Positions 37,053-51,483 are shown, numbered from the stretch's first letter. The stretch: DNA of 64,000 nucleotides from Candidatus Eiseniibacteriota bacterium (GCA_963792585.1 CAWBWI010000006.1:832001-896000); one strand, 5' to 3'. Numbers and translations are program-made. Notes: generated by a model not told the origin, from the letters alone.

Positions 37053-38639
37053 ATGCAGCGAGCCGTATTCCGCCTACCGCTGTCCTCCCTTCTCCGAGGG
37101 TTCCGCCACACCGTGGCCTTGGGGCTGGCTCTTTCGACCATGGCCGGCCTGTTCCCGCGAACGGCCTCGGGGCTCCCACCCGAGGGATCCCCGGACGCCG
37201 AGGAGTGCACGATCGCGGTCATGGCCGGCAGGGCGACGCCCGACGGCCGTCCAATCCTCTGGAAGAACCGGGATGCGGCCTACCTCAATAATGAGGTCTC
37301 GTATTTCACCGACGGAGCCTACCGCTACGTTGCCCTGATCAACGCGGGGGACCCCGGCAACGCGTGGATCGGCGTGAACGAGCGGGGCTTTGCGATTCTG
37401 AACGCCCTCTCCTACAACCTTCCCGACAACTTCCAGGGCGGGATCACCAACGGCATGTTGATGAAGCGGGCGCTGCAAACATGCGCCTCGGTCGGTGACT
37501 TCAAGAAGCTCATGATCCAGACCAACACGACCGGCCGCGAGAATCCCGCGAATCTGGCCGTGATCGACGCGATGGGCGGGGCGGAGATCTACGAGGCCGG
37601 AAATCTCAGCTTCACCCGGTTCGATGTCGCCAATCCCCAGGTCGCTCCCATGGGCTTCCTGGTCCGCACCAACTTCTCGATGTCCGCCGATACGACAACC
37701 TCGGACACCTGGCGCTACAATCGCTGTCGCCGCCTCATCAAGGACGCCGTCGCGGATTCGAGCGCCGGCGTTTCGTTCATGCTCCAAAAGGTCGCTCGCG
37801 ACCTGCGCGCCGTCGACCTGGACCCCTATCCCCTGCCCTTCGAGGGTGCGCCCCCGGGATGGCCCTCGGCATTCGGCTACGTCAACACCTCGAACACCAT
37901 CAACCGGCGCACAACGGTGGCGGGCGGCGCGATCCACGGTGTCGCCCCGGGAGAAGATCCGCTCCTCTCGACCTTCTGGGCGGTTCTGGGACAACCGGTC
38001 CTCTCGATTCCGGTCCCGGTCTGGGTCGCGGGCGGGACCACGCCCGCCGAGCTGGACGGTCCGTACACGGCGCCTTTCTGCGACGCGTCGATAGAGCGTT
38101 TTCAGGCGGCCTACGACTACATGTATTCGAGTTCGCTCCTGAACACCCGGGACATCGTCAACGAGACACGCCTGGGCTTCCTCACCCAATGCGAGCGGAT
38201 CGAGCGCTGGCTCCTTCCGGAGGTGCGGCGGACCGTCGAAACCTGGCGGGTGAACGGCGTGGACCCCACAGCGGTGGCCGCCTACGAGCATGCGATCTCC
38301 ACGGACGCCTATGCGCGTTACACCAACCCCGACTGGCGGATACCGGTGATCTACGCCGGAGGGGGAACCCGGTGGCGGGCGACCCCGAATCCGATGCGGG
38401 CGGACGTCGAGATTCACTATGAACTGCCCGACGACCCGCCGTCGGTCTGGACCGTGGATCTGTTCGACGCGACGGGTCGCCGGATTCGACGGCTCACGTC
38501 CTGCGACGCATCCCGGATCGGGACCCTCGATTGGGACGGTTGTGACGGAGAGGGCTCCCGTGTGGTCACGGGGGTCTACTTCCTCAAACCGAGCTGGCCG
38601 GCCGGCGCGGAAGGGACATCCCTCGTCGTGGTTCGATAG
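37053..38639 (+). CDS. Secreted Cys-nucleophile Ntn hydrolase (C45/AAT-like) with C-terminal FlgD-Ig domain
   Basis: Signal peptide, then E-CTIAVMAG...DGRPILWKNRD, GVNERGFAILN, RTNF; C-terminal PNP...WDGCD...GVYF. Confidence 0.8.
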   Translation: MQRAVFRLPLSSLLRGFRHTVALGLALSTMAGLFPRTASGLPPEGSPDAEECTIAVMAGRATPDGRPILWKNRDAAYLNNEVSYFTDGAYRYVALINAGDPGNAWIGVNERGFAILNALSYNLPDNFQGGITNGMLMKRALQTCASVGDFKKLMIQTNTTGRENPANLAVIDAMGGAEIYEAGNLSFTRFDVANPQVAPMGFLVRTNFSMSADTTTSDTWRYNRCRRLIKDAVADSSAGVSFMLQKVARDLRAVDLDPYPLPFEGAPPGWPSAFGYVNTSNTINRRTTVAGGAIHGVAPGEDPLLSTFWAVLGQPVLSIPVPVWVAGGTTPAELDGPYTAPFCDASIERFQAAYDYMYSSSLLNTRDIVNETRLGFLTQCERIERWLLPEVRRTVETWRVNGVDPTAVAAYEHAISTDAYARYTNPDWRIPVIYAGGGTRWRATPNPMRADVEIHYELPDDPPSVWTVDLFDATGRRIRRLTSCDASRIGTLDWDGCDGEGSRVVTGVYFLKPSWPAGAEGTSLVVVR

Positions 38640-38884
38640 GCGCGCCCGCGGCGCGGGGGGCTTCCTTTCATCCGCTTTCGGCATTTTCCTCCGGCATCCC
38701 GGCGGTCGGGTGCGCGGAATCGCCTCATTTCCAGGCTTTCCGCCGCCCTTGGCGGCCGACGCCCCGCGGGGTATGATTGAGTGGGTTTCTTCCGCGGGCC
38801 CGACACGAGGGCGGGGTGGCCTACGAGGGGCGCCGGGATACCGCGCGAAGATGGGGGTTGCCGCTCGACTGACTCCGCGGAGGC

Positions 38885-40056
38885 GTGGTGGCGATTCTGG
38901 TTCTGTTGCTGCTGTTCGTACTCGCGCTGTGGATCCGCGAAGCGTGGATTCACCGGCGCGCGCTCCGTTCCATCCCCATCCGGGTGCATGTGAACGGTAG
39001 CCGCGGCAAATCATCGGTCGTCCGGCTTGTCGCGGCCGCCATGCGGGAGGGAGGCGTGCGGACCGTCGCCAAGACGACGGGATCGAAGGCGCGCTTCATC
39101 CACACCGACGGCAGTGAGAACGCCCGTGATCCGCCTGAGCACACCGAACATCTGCGAGCAGATCGGCATTCTCGAGAACGGCCCGCATGGAACGGGCGCA
39201 GGCGATCGTCATGGAGTGCATGGCGGTCCGCCCCGATCTGCAGAAGATCTGCGAAGCGCACATCATGCACTCGACGATCGGCGTGATCACCAACATCCGC
39301 CCCGACCACCTCGACGTCATGGGGCCGACGGTGGCCGACGTGGCCGTCGCCCTCTCCTCGACCGTTCCCCGCGGCGGAACGACGGTGATCGGTGACGCGC
39401 GTTACACGATCCAGATGCAGAGGGTGGCGGACGAGCGCGGCTCGAAACTGCTCGTCGCCAAACCGGAGGATGTCCCCGAGGGGGCGATGGAGGGGTTCGC
39501 CTACTTCGAACACGAAGAGAACGTCGCGACCGCCCTTCAGGTGACGCGGACCCTCGGGATTCCCGACGTGGTCGCGATGAAAGGTATGTACAAGGCGATC
39601 CCGGACGTCGGCGCCTGCACTTGTCTGGCGACTTCCCCACAAGGGCAAGTGATCGAGTTCGTTAACATCTTCGCCGCCAACGACCTGGAATCGACGATCA
39701 CCATCTGGCAGCGGCTGGGGCTGGGGAATCCGAGTGAAGTGCCGACTTCGCGCTCATCAACCTTCGCGCGGACAGGGTCGATCGCTCGCTCCAGTACGCC
39801 GAGGCGGTAGAGGTCGGCCTTCACGCAGACGACTACGTCCTCATCGGAGGCGTGCCCGAGAGCGTCCAGAGACGATTCGAGAAAGCGGTGCCGGCCGGGC
39901 GCCTGACCGTCATCGGCAACGCCGAGCCGCGGTCATCTTCGATCGGATCGCGGAGATGGTGTCCGACCGCGCGCGCGTCGGGGGCATCGGCAACATCGGC
40001 GGATCGGGCATCAGATCCTCGCACACGTCACGAAGCATGGAGGTCCATCATGCTGA
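38885..40056 (+). CDS. capB: Poly-gamma-glutamate synthase CapB/PgsB, frameshifted in this sequence (end approximate)
   Basis: IPIRVHVNGSRGKSS, KTTG, PNICEQ, MECMAVRP, ITNIRPDHLDVMGPT, FAAND, NLRADRVDRS and GIGNIGG are spread over several frames, with shifts near 39120, 39180, 39750, 39930 and 40010. Confidence 0.85.
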
Positions 40057-40503
40057 TCGCCGAAGCGATCGGCCTGGGTCTCGTCGCGAGCCTGCTCTTC
40101 ACCGAGGCGATCGGCTTCGCGGCGGGCGGGTTCGTCGTCCCGGGCTACATCGCTCTCTATCTCGACCGGCCGTACCAGTTGCTCGGAACGGTGCTCGCCG
40201 CGCTCGCTCACCTACGGTTGCCTGAAGCTCGCCAGTCGGCTCCTGCTGATCTACGGCCGCCGCACGCTGGTGCTCGCCGTGCTGCTCGGCTTCATCTTCG
40301 GACGCGCTGACCACGCACATTCCGAGCTTCGGTCTCGGCATCGGTCGAGCGGGGCGTTGACAGCGATCGGCTTCATCATCCCCGGTTTGCTCGCCTACTG
40401 GATGACCCGCCAGGGGATCATCCAGACCCTCGCGGCGATGGGCGTCGCATCGGTCCTGGTCCGGCTCGCGCTGATCATCCTCCATGGAGGCTGCCCTCCT
40501 TGA
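40050..40503 (+). CDS. capC: Poly-gamma-glutamate biosynthesis protein CapC/PgsC, frameshifted in this sequence
   Basis: IGLGLVASLLFTEAIGFAAGGFVVPGYIALY, LIYGRR, IGFIIPGLLAYWMTRQG in different frames. Confidence 0.85.
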
Positions 40504-41673
40504 AACACGCCTTCTCTAGCGCCACGGCATGGACCCGACGCGCCGACCTCTTCCTGGTGGCGCTCGCGGTGCTGGGCATCGGCTTCCACATCCTCTCGGA
40601 GGTGACGCGGCGGCTTGCCCCCCAGGACTACCTCCAGGAGAAGATGATGGCGGCGACCGAAGCCGTCCGCTGCTTCGAGGCGGTCCGCGAAGCCCGCGTC
40701 GGGACTCCGGGCGACGCTCGACAAGGAGAACGACCCGGGGGCGAGCGGGCTGATCGGCCAGGAGTTCACCCTGATCACGACCGACCGCGGCGTCCTCGAC
40801 TCCAAGCTCACGACGACAAACCCCAACTTCGCGGCCGTCTTCGTGCAGTACTTCCACGACCTGAACCTGAAGCCCGGCGACCCGGTCGCGATTGCGATGA
40901 CCGGATCCTTCCCGGCATTGAATATCTCCATACTCGCCGCCGCGGAGACGATGAAACTGAAGCCGCTCGTGGTCACCTCCGTCGGCGCGAGCATGTGGGG
41001 CGCGAACGATCCCAGCTTCACTTGGCTCGACATGGAGAAGCTGCTGACCGAGAAGGGCCTCCTCCACACGCGCAGCCTTGCGGCGTCGGTGGGGGGCAGC
41101 AACGACCGGGGCAGGGGGTTGAGCCCCGAAGGGCGCCGCCTGCTGCGTGAATCGATCGCGCGCAACGACATCCCGCTGATCTCCGAGCCGACGCTCGATC
41201 AGTCGGCCGAGAAGCGCGTCCAGATCTTCAACGAGGCCGCCGGCGCCAGGGGTGTCCGCGCGTACGTGAACATCGGAGGCGGCTCGGCGAGCGTGGGGAA
41301 TGCGCAGAGCGCAAACCTGATTCCTCCCGGGATCAATACCGCGCTCAAGCCGTACAACTGGACGCAACGCGGCGCGCTCCACCACTACGCCTCCAAGCGC
41401 GTCCCCATCGTCCACCTGCTCAATATCGAGGAGATCGCCTCCGCTGCCGGGCTGCCGCTCACTCCCGAGTCGATCCCGCCGGTCGGCGAAGGCGACATCT
41501 TCTATCGCGAGGCATACGACCTCCGGGTCACGGTCCCCACATTCCTGATCTACCTAGTGCTCTGCTTCGGCGTGCTGCGGGCACGGAACCATGCCGCACG
41601 CGCCGCGCGAGAGGTCGCCACTCCGTTGCCGATCCCCGGTATCACCGGGCAACCGGCCGGTGAAAGGAGTTGA
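40500..41673 (+). CDS. pgsW: Poly-gamma-glutamate system protein PgsW, one frameshift near 40715
   Basis: GLIGQEFTLITTDRG.L.SKLTTTNPNFAA, GSFPALNI, SVGASMWGAN, YVNIGGG; directly follows capC. Confidence 0.8.
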
Positions 41674-41675
41674 GG

Positions 41676-42608
41676 ATGTTGAAGAGGCGATCCTGCGGTG
41701 CGGTCGTCATGGTTGCGTGTGGATTGCTGCTCAGCGGGATTACCACGGAGTCGGCGAACGCCGCCAAGAAGACATCGAACCGGATCCGCCCCACGACGAG
41801 CGCCGGAAGCGTGAAGGTCCTGATCGGGAAGAAGTCAGGAACCTACTTCAAGGCGACGAAGGCGAAGCCTGTGGAATTCACGATCAGGGGCCCTGCCACG
41901 ATCCGGATCATGTCGCGCTACCTGTTTCCCTCTCCGGAACTGACCAAGACGACATCGTATGGTTTCCGCGTCGAAGTTGGGACGACCGTCCTGCGCACCG
42001 TGACGGAGAAGGCGGGCATCAGCAAGAGCGCCGGCCTCGTGGGGGGCGCAAAGATCGGCACGCTGGAGAAATCGATCATCCGCTTTCCGGCCGGCGCCCA
42101 TCGCGTGCGCATCGTGCCGGTCGACGGAGCGGCGTCGATCGCCGTGAGGGTGCTGAAAGGCACCGGCAAGAAGGCGGCGATCAAATGGACCCCGTTCCAA
42201 CCCGATGCCGGAGCGAAGGCGGTCCGGCTGCACGAAAAGGATCAGGAATCGACTGTCTATCGCTTCAGCACGTCGCAACCGGTCGGTGTCTCTCTTCGCG
42301 GGCCGCTCAAGATGCGGGTGGTCACCCGGCTCGATTTCGGTCTCACAAACGGGGTCACCCAGAGCTACGTCATCAAGGCGACGCTCGACGGGAAGCCGTG
42401 GAAGAGTTTTGCGCAGAAGTCGACGGCGAGCCACACGGCGACCTATCCGGAGCTCACGCAGATCACGCCCGGGAAGGGGCAGACCTTCGTGCTGGACGTT
42501 CCGTCGGGTTCCCACAAAATCCAGCTCGAGTTGACCGGCACCACCGCTGGCGGCGCCTCGGTGCGGATCCAGATCCCGCAGCGGGAACCAAAGACTTCGG
42601 CGCGATAG
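41676..42608 (+). CDS. Secreted Lys-rich hypothetical protein with two similar beta-sandwich halves, last gene of the PGA operon
   Basis: Signal peptide; internal duplication (PVEFTIRGPATIRIMSR / PVGVSLRGPLKMRVVTR); starts 2 nt after the pgsW stop. Confidence 0.65.
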   Translation: MLKRRSCGAVVMVACGLLLSGITTESANAAKKTSNRIRPTTSAGSVKVLIGKKSGTYFKATKAKPVEFTIRGPATIRIMSRYLFPSPELTKTTSYGFRVEVGTTVLRTVTEKAGISKSAGLVGGAKIGTLEKSIIRFPAGAHRVRIVPVDGAASIAVRVLKGTGKKAAIKWTPFQPDAGAKAVRLHEKDQESTVYRFSTSQPVGVSLRGPLKMRVVTRLDFGLTNGVTQSYVIKATLDGKPWKSFAQKSTASHTATYPELTQITPGKGQTFVLDVPSGSHKIQLELTGTTAGGASVRIQIPQREPKTSAR

Positions 42609-42794
42609 GCTCCCACTCGGGAGCCGGATGATGGGGGCGCGCTCGGCGCCCCTATTGCCGTCGGAGCCGGCGGCCCGCCGACGAGGAACCCGCAGATGCG
42701 CAACGGGCGCCCGAGATCAACGATCCCGGAGCGCCCGCGCTCTTCCCAACCCCGGAAGAGCTTCGTTACGACCGTGCGGCCCCCGCCTTCCGCG

Positions 42795-43787
42795 CTAAGC
42801 CTCCCACCCTTGCAAGATCTGGATATAATTCGCCCGCTCGTAGGCTTTCGGATCCGGCGACTTCAGAAGGTTCATGCTGCCCTGCATCTGCCGGAGCGAT
42901 TCGTACTCGTGCTCCTCCATCCAGCGTCCCAATCCCTCGAGGAGCTTCTTCAGTTCCGCCGGCCCGTGCATGAGCAAGGCCGATACCATCTGGACGGCGT
43001 GGGCGCCCGTCATCACCGCCTTCACCGCATCCACCGCGGAGTGCACCCCCCCGGAGACGGCGAGCGAGGGGCGAAGGTGACCTGAGAGGATCGCCAACCA
43101 CCGCAGCCGCAGGTTCAGTTCCGTCGAGGTGGAGTAGTGGAGGGTCCTGCGGACCTCGAGCGCATCCACGTCGATGTCCGGCTGATAGAAGCGATTGAAC
43201 AGCACCAGGCCGTCCGCGCCGGCCGCGTCGAGCCGACGGGCAAAGTGCGGGAGCGAGGAGTAGAACGGCGAGAGCTTCACCGCCACCGGAATCGTCACGG
43301 CCTTCTTGACCTCCTGCACCATGTCGACTGCGGTGTTCTCGACCTCCGTCGAACCCACCGTCGGGTCGGTCGGCAGGTAGTAGACGTTCAACTCGAGCGC
43401 GTTGGCCCCCGCCTGCTGCATCTGCTTCGCATAGGAGAGCCAGCCCCCCGTCGTGACCCCGTTGAGGGAGGCGATGACGGGGATCTTCACGGCGCTCTTG
43501 ATCTTGCGGATCTGGGCGAGATAGTCATCGGGGCCCAGCCGGTAGGCTTCGGGGCGGGGGAAATAGGAGGTCGCTTCCGCGAACGACTCCGCGTGCGCGT
43601 CGACATTGCGGAGAGAGGCTGACTGCTCCTGCGTGATCTGCTCCTCGAAGAGCGAGTTCATGACGATCGCGGACGCGCCCGCATCCTCGAGGCGTCGGAC
43701 CATATCGAGATCGGTGGCCATCGGGGAGGCACCCGGCATGATCGGGTGCGCGAGCTTCAACCCCAGGTAAGTCGTCGAGAGATCCAT
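42795..43787 (-). CDS. Dihydroorotate dehydrogenase-like flavoprotein
   Basis: MDLSTTYLGLKL, SLFEEQI, IPVIASLNG, ALELNVY, PVAVKLSP, LVLFNRFYQPDID. This family is commonly found next to PFOR. Confidence 0.9.
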   Translation of the reverse strand: MDLSTTYLGLKLAHPIMPGASPMATDLDMVRRLEDAGASAIVMNSLFEEQITQEQSASLRNVDAHAESFAEATSYFPRPEAYRLGPDDYLAQIRKIKSAVKIPVIASLNGVTTGGWLSYAKQMQQAGANALELNVYYLPTDPTVGSTEVENTAVDMVQEVKKAVTIPVAVKLSPFYSSLPHFARRLDAAGADGLVLFNRFYQPDIDVDALEVRRTLHYSTSTELNLRLRWLAILSGHLRPSLAVSGGVHSAVDAVKAVMTGAHAVQMVSALLMHGPAELKKLLEGLGRWMEEHEYESLRQMQGSMNLLKSPDPKAYERANYIQILQGWEA

Positions 43788-43796
43788 CGTCCCCTC

Positions 43797-47401
<3,605 letters not shown>

Positions 47402-47789
47402 GGAGTCCCTCCTAGAGAGCAACGGAACAGAAGGCGTCCGTCCGACCGGCATTCCGTTCGGACGCGCGACGCCACCCGGAGCGCTTCGTGAACTCAGGTC
47501 TGGGGATGGATATGCGGAAGCCCGCGCGCTCGGGCGCGCGTCGACGGCTCAGGTTGGACACGTCGTGCACCCCACACCCCACGTCCCGATGAGCGCCGGA
47601 TCCCTGACCCGGTCGCCGAGACCAGCTGAGCGGCCGCCCAAACTTCAAGGAGGCGGCCGAGGCGGCCCCCCGGCCTTTGATCGACCGGAGCCGGGTCACC
47701 CTTCACTCGTCTCCCAGAGGCCGACGGTAGAACATCCTCAAGTGAGTGGCAACCTCTTCCCCGCGCTTTCCTTTTATCGATGCCAGCGC

Positions 47790-47890
47790 TGAATAAGACT
47801 AACTAATATATCCATTGGATAGATGTGTAGGACCCATAGGCAGTTAGCTATTGCATTAGACCCCCTAAACGGTGGTATCCATTCTTTCGC
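47790..47890. promoter_or_regulatory. AT-rich divergent promoter region with TATCCA-T-TGGATA palindrome
   Basis: Inverted repeat at 47809-47821 and a further TATCCA at 47876-47881, between PFOR and the cytochrome cluster. Confidence 0.45.
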
Positions 47891-48061
47891 AGGGACTCGT
47901 GTAAGGAACACGGCCGCGAGGGCCGATGGTGTCCCTGGATAGGTGGGGCGAGGGCTGTCCCGCCCCGACTACGCGAGAGGGCCGCTCGCGTCGATCGGTA
48001 CGTTCATCTCCTGGATGGGCAGCGCAGGTGCGTTGACTGCCTCGGGGAAAAGGAGGTCCGA

Positions 48062-49744
48062 ATGAGAGTGCGTCCCCTCATCGCGGGGTTGTTGATCCTG
48101 GTTGCCGTCGGATTCGCTGGATGCAGCGACGACGACAACGACAACAACCCGACACCACCGGCGTTGACCGCCGAGATCGCCGCGCCTGCAACGACGACGA
48201 CCGGCGCCATCGTCACCTTGATCGCCACGGCGTCGCCGGCCGGTTCGGGTTACACCTACGCTTGGACCGCGAGCGGCGGTATCCTGCGCGCCGCGGGCAA
48301 CGACACGACGCAGTGGGTCGCTCCTGATGACGACGGAACCTACGAGATCTCCGTCGTGATCGGGGACGGCACCAAGTCGGCGACGACGAAGAAGTCGATC
48401 GTCGCATCGAACTATGTCGCTGCGGTCGAACCGCACTACGTCGGCGGTGAGACATGCAAGACCTGCCATAACGCGGTGCACCAGGATTGGGCCGCTACCG
48501 GGCACGCGGGCGCCCTCGCCACGCTGGTCGCCGAGGGTATGGGGGCGAACACGTTCTGTCTCCCATGCCACACCGTTGGATACAACACGGCGACCGCCAA
48601 TGGTGGATTCGACGAGCAGGCGGTGCCGAGACTCGCAAACGTCCAGTGCGAGAACTGCCACGGTCCTGGAAGCGCCCACGCGGGCAATCCAAGTGTTGTG
48701 AAGCCTCCGAAGTCGGTCGAGGCCTCTCTCTGCGGGAGTTGCCACGAGGGCGAACACCACCCGACCTATTCGGAGTGGGACGAGTCGGGTCACGGCTCGA
48801 TCCTCGAGAACCCAGAGATGGTCGGAGAGGCTGCGCGCGCGGCCTGCGCGAAGTGCCACAATGGTGCGGTGGCCAAGGACTACCTCAACGACCCGGTCAA
48901 CTTCGTCCCGCCCACGTCCGCTCCGACGGACACGCTGGACATCACCTGCGTGGTCTGTCATGACGCGCACGGGAATGACAACAAGTCCAACCTTCGCAAT
49001 GCCGTGCTCGACGTCGCTCTCCCTGATGGCGTCCACCCCGAGGCGGGGGCCGGCCGCCTCTGCATCGCCTGTCACAACCAGCGCCGGACGCCCACCGACA
49101 TCGAAGGTCAGGTCAACGACGGTACGAGTCGCCTCGGCCCGCACCACAGCGTCCAGGGTGACATGCTCGCGGGCTCGGGGGCCTACGAAGCGGTCAACCC
49201 CGCGTTCTCCTTCGCGACCAGCAAGCACGTGATGATCCAGGACGGTTGCATCAGCTGCCACAATCATCACATCCCGTTCGCGCCGGGCGTGCCTGCGTAC
49301 ACCGGCCACGAGTTCAAGCCGGTCAAGGAGGCCTGCCAGCCGTGCCACGGCACGCTCGATTCATTCGAGAGCGTCGCGGCAAAGGATGACTACGACGGTG
49401 ACGGGCAGGTCGAGGGTGTCCAACTGGAGGTCAAGGGGCTGATGTTCGCACTCGCCGAGACGATCATCGAGGCGACCCCTGCGGACAGCACCGCGGATCG
49501 GGCTACGCTCCAGGCGGCGTTGCCGGCGAACGAGGACGAGGCGTACGACGGCTTCATCGGCGCTGTCGGCCCCGCGGGCAACTCAACGCGGGACCAGCGC
49601 ATGGCCGGCTACAACCTCGCCTTCGTGGCCTACGATCAGAGCAAGGGCGTGCACAACGCCGTCTACTCGATCCAGCTTCTCCAGCAAAGCGCTCTGGCGC
49701 TGAACACGGGCAAGCTGGGACACGCCAAGATCTTGGTGGAGTAG
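48062..49744 (+). CDS. Multiheme c-type cytochrome lipoprotein (9 CxxCH) with N-terminal Ig/PKD-like domain
   Basis: AAGGAGG RBS; lipobox FAGC; CKTCH, CLPCH, CENCH, CGSCH, CAKCH, CVVCH, CIACH, CISCH, CQPCH; C-terminal GVHN. Confidence 0.9.
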   Translation: MRVRPLIAGLLILVAVGFAGCSDDDNDNNPTPPALTAEIAAPATTTTGAIVTLIATASPAGSGYTYAWTASGGILRAAGNDTTQWVAPDDDGTYEISVVIGDGTKSATTKKSIVASNYVAAVEPHYVGGETCKTCHNAVHQDWAATGHAGALATLVAEGMGANTFCLPCHTVGYNTATANGGFDEQAVPRLANVQCENCHGPGSAHAGNPSVVKPPKSVEASLCGSCHEGEHHPTYSEWDESGHGSILENPEMVGEAARAACAKCHNGAVAKDYLNDPVNFVPPTSAPTDTLDITCVVCHDAHGNDNKSNLRNAVLDVALPDGVHPEAGAGRLCIACHNQRRTPTDIEGQVNDGTSRLGPHHSVQGDMLAGSGAYEAVNPAFSFATSKHVMIQDGCISCHNHHIPFAPGVPAYTGHEFKPVKEACQPCHGTLDSFESVAAKDDYDGDGQVEGVQLEVKGLMFALAETIIEATPADSTADRATLQAALPANEDEAYDGFIGAVGPAGNSTRDQRMAGYNLAFVAYDQSKGVHNAVYSIQLLQQSALALNTGKLGHAKILVE

Positions 49745-49767
49745 CGCCGTCGAGATCGATGACACTC

Positions 49768-49800
49768 GGAGGGGGCGGGGCAACCCGCCCTCTTCTGTTT
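49768..49800 (+). terminator. Rho-independent terminator-like hairpin
   Basis: GGGCGGG-GCAA-CCCGCCC followed by TCTTCTGTTT. Confidence 0.6.
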
Positions 49801-49928
49801 CGCCCTCCACTTGACACAAACGGGAACTCCGATGCAGTCTAGGTGTGCTTTGGTTGGGTCCCGATCGACCGGGCTGCGGGACCCTACGGGTCATCAAGGG
49901 TTGACGGAGTCGTAGGGAGGCACAAGAG

Positions 49929-50477
49929 ATGCGGTTCTGGTCTTATCTGTCTGTGGCCGGGCTGGTTGCGCTTGTCGTGGCCGCCATGGTCGTCCCCAGC
50001 CTGACTTCCGCCGAGGAGGGGAAGGATGCCGTCGCCGCCAAGTATGTCGGCGTCGGCGCGTGCAAGCCCTGTCACATGGGCGAGGCGAAGGGCAAGATCT
50101 ACGAATCATGGATGGGATCGGCCCACGCGAAGGCGTTCGAGAAACTCGGCGCCGAGAATCAGAAGAATGACGCCTGCCTGGGTTGCCACACGACGGGCAA
50201 GGGCAAGACGATCGCCGCCGGCAAGACGGCTACAGATCTCCAGGGCGTTCAGTGCGAGGCCTGCCACGGCGCGGGCAGCGAGTACAAGGCCCTATCGGTG
50301 ATGAAGGACAAGGCAGCTTCGGCGGCCAAGGGGCTCGTCGCTCCGACCGAGAAGGTCTGCGCAAGCTGCCACACCGGCGCACTTCCCAAGGAGTGCTGGG
50401 CGGGCGCGGCGGCTGCTCCGAAGTTCGTGTTCGCGGAGGCCGCGAAGAAGATCGAGCACCACGTCCCCAAGAAGTAG
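49929..50477 (+). CDS. Periplasmic tetraheme cytochrome c (c554-like)
   Basis: Signal peptide; YVGVGACKPCH, CLGCH, VQCEACHG, CASCH. Confidence 0.9.
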   Translation: MRFWSYLSVAGLVALVVAAMVVPSLTSAEEGKDAVAAKYVGVGACKPCHMGEAKGKIYESWMGSAHAKAFEKLGAENQKNDACLGCHTTGKGKTIAAGKTATDLQGVQCEACHGAGSEYKALSVMKDKAASAAKGLVAPTEKVCASCHTGALPKECWAGAAAAPKFVFAEAAKKIEHHVPKK

Positions 50478-50503
50478 TCGATTCACACGGTTTCGAGATC
50501 TCT

Positions 50504-50543
50504 GGTGCGGCGATCCGGTTGAACCGGGTCGCCGCGCTGTTTA
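50504..50543 (+). terminator. Rho-independent terminator-like hairpin
   Basis: GCGGCGATCCGG-TTGAA-CCGGGTCGCCGC followed by GCTGTTT. Confidence 0.55.
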
Positions 50544-50865
50544 ACGCGGGCTCTCCTCCCCCCCCTTATTCGGTGTAGCGAATCAAAATCACAAGATAAG
50601 TATTCTGTGGCCCGTTTCATGCCGATGGGAGAAGTATATTTGCGGTCGTGGTTCGGGTCCGTCCGACCCGGGCTTCACGGATCGCAAGGACTGCGCTCGA
50701 CCAGGCACCGGCCGCCCTGATCGCCGCGGAGTTGGGTAAGAGAGGGTGGTGGGTGTGCGGTTACCGTCGACGATCCTATCGCAGTGCTTTACACCCAACC
50801 CCGCAGGACCCAGAATCTCCAACCGGTCCTCGTCATCCTGCGTCCAAACGCACAGGGGGTTCGTG

Positions 50866-51483
50866 ATGAAACGAGCGAAGCTCGCGGTGTGGCCGATCGC
50901 TTTCCTTTTCCTCGCGCCGCTGGCCTGGAGCGGCTGCGCGAAGAACAGCAGCGATCCGGTGATCCTCAATCCAGGTCCGGGGCAACTGGCGGCCAGGGAA
51001 GGTTTCATCGCCGCGGACCAACGGGTCAATGAGCTGCGGGCGGGTGGGCACCCGGTCATCGCCTGCGCGACGTGCCATTCGTACGCCGTCGGCGGTCCCG
51101 TCAATCGGGACTGCTCCGACTGCCACAGCACGAAGGCGGAAAGCCTGAACCATCCCGCGCTGGCGCGGTGCGTCGACTGCCACATGCCAAGGGCGACGAA
51201 GCAGAAGGCTTCGTCGACGATCTATGCCGCGGACGTTCGGACCCATGTGATCCGTATCCGGCCGGAACCGGAGCGGAAGGGGTCGATGTTCGAAGAAGCC
51301 GACGGGCTCGAAATCGTCGATGTGGGCCCGGGTCTCACCCTCGACCTGGCATGCTACGGCTGCCACAAGGACGAGCGCGGCGTCGGCGGCAACTACAGCC
51401 GCAAGACGTTGAAGCAGCTCGCGGACAAGGCGCCCTACATCCACGCGAACGACGCGGCCCGCATGGGCAAGGAGGGCAAATGA
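50866..51483 (+). CDS. Tetraheme cytochrome c lipoprotein
   Basis: Lipobox WSGC; CATCH, CSDCH, CVDCH, CYGCH. Confidence 0.85.
   Translation: MKRAKLAVWPIAFLFLAPLAWSGCAKNSSDPVILNPGPGQLAAREGFIAADQRVNELRAGGHPVIACATCHSYAVGGPVNRDCSDCHSTKAESLNHPALARCVDCHMPRATKQKASSTIYAADVRTHVIRIRPEPERKGSMFEEADGLEIVDVGPGLTLDLACYGCHKDERGVGGNYSRKTLKQLADKAPYIHANDAARMGKEGK

Noticed and set aside
49811..49840. TTGACA as a sigma70 -35 box
   Set aside because: A perfect -35, but the matching -10 (CAGTCT) is weak, so it is not called as a feature.
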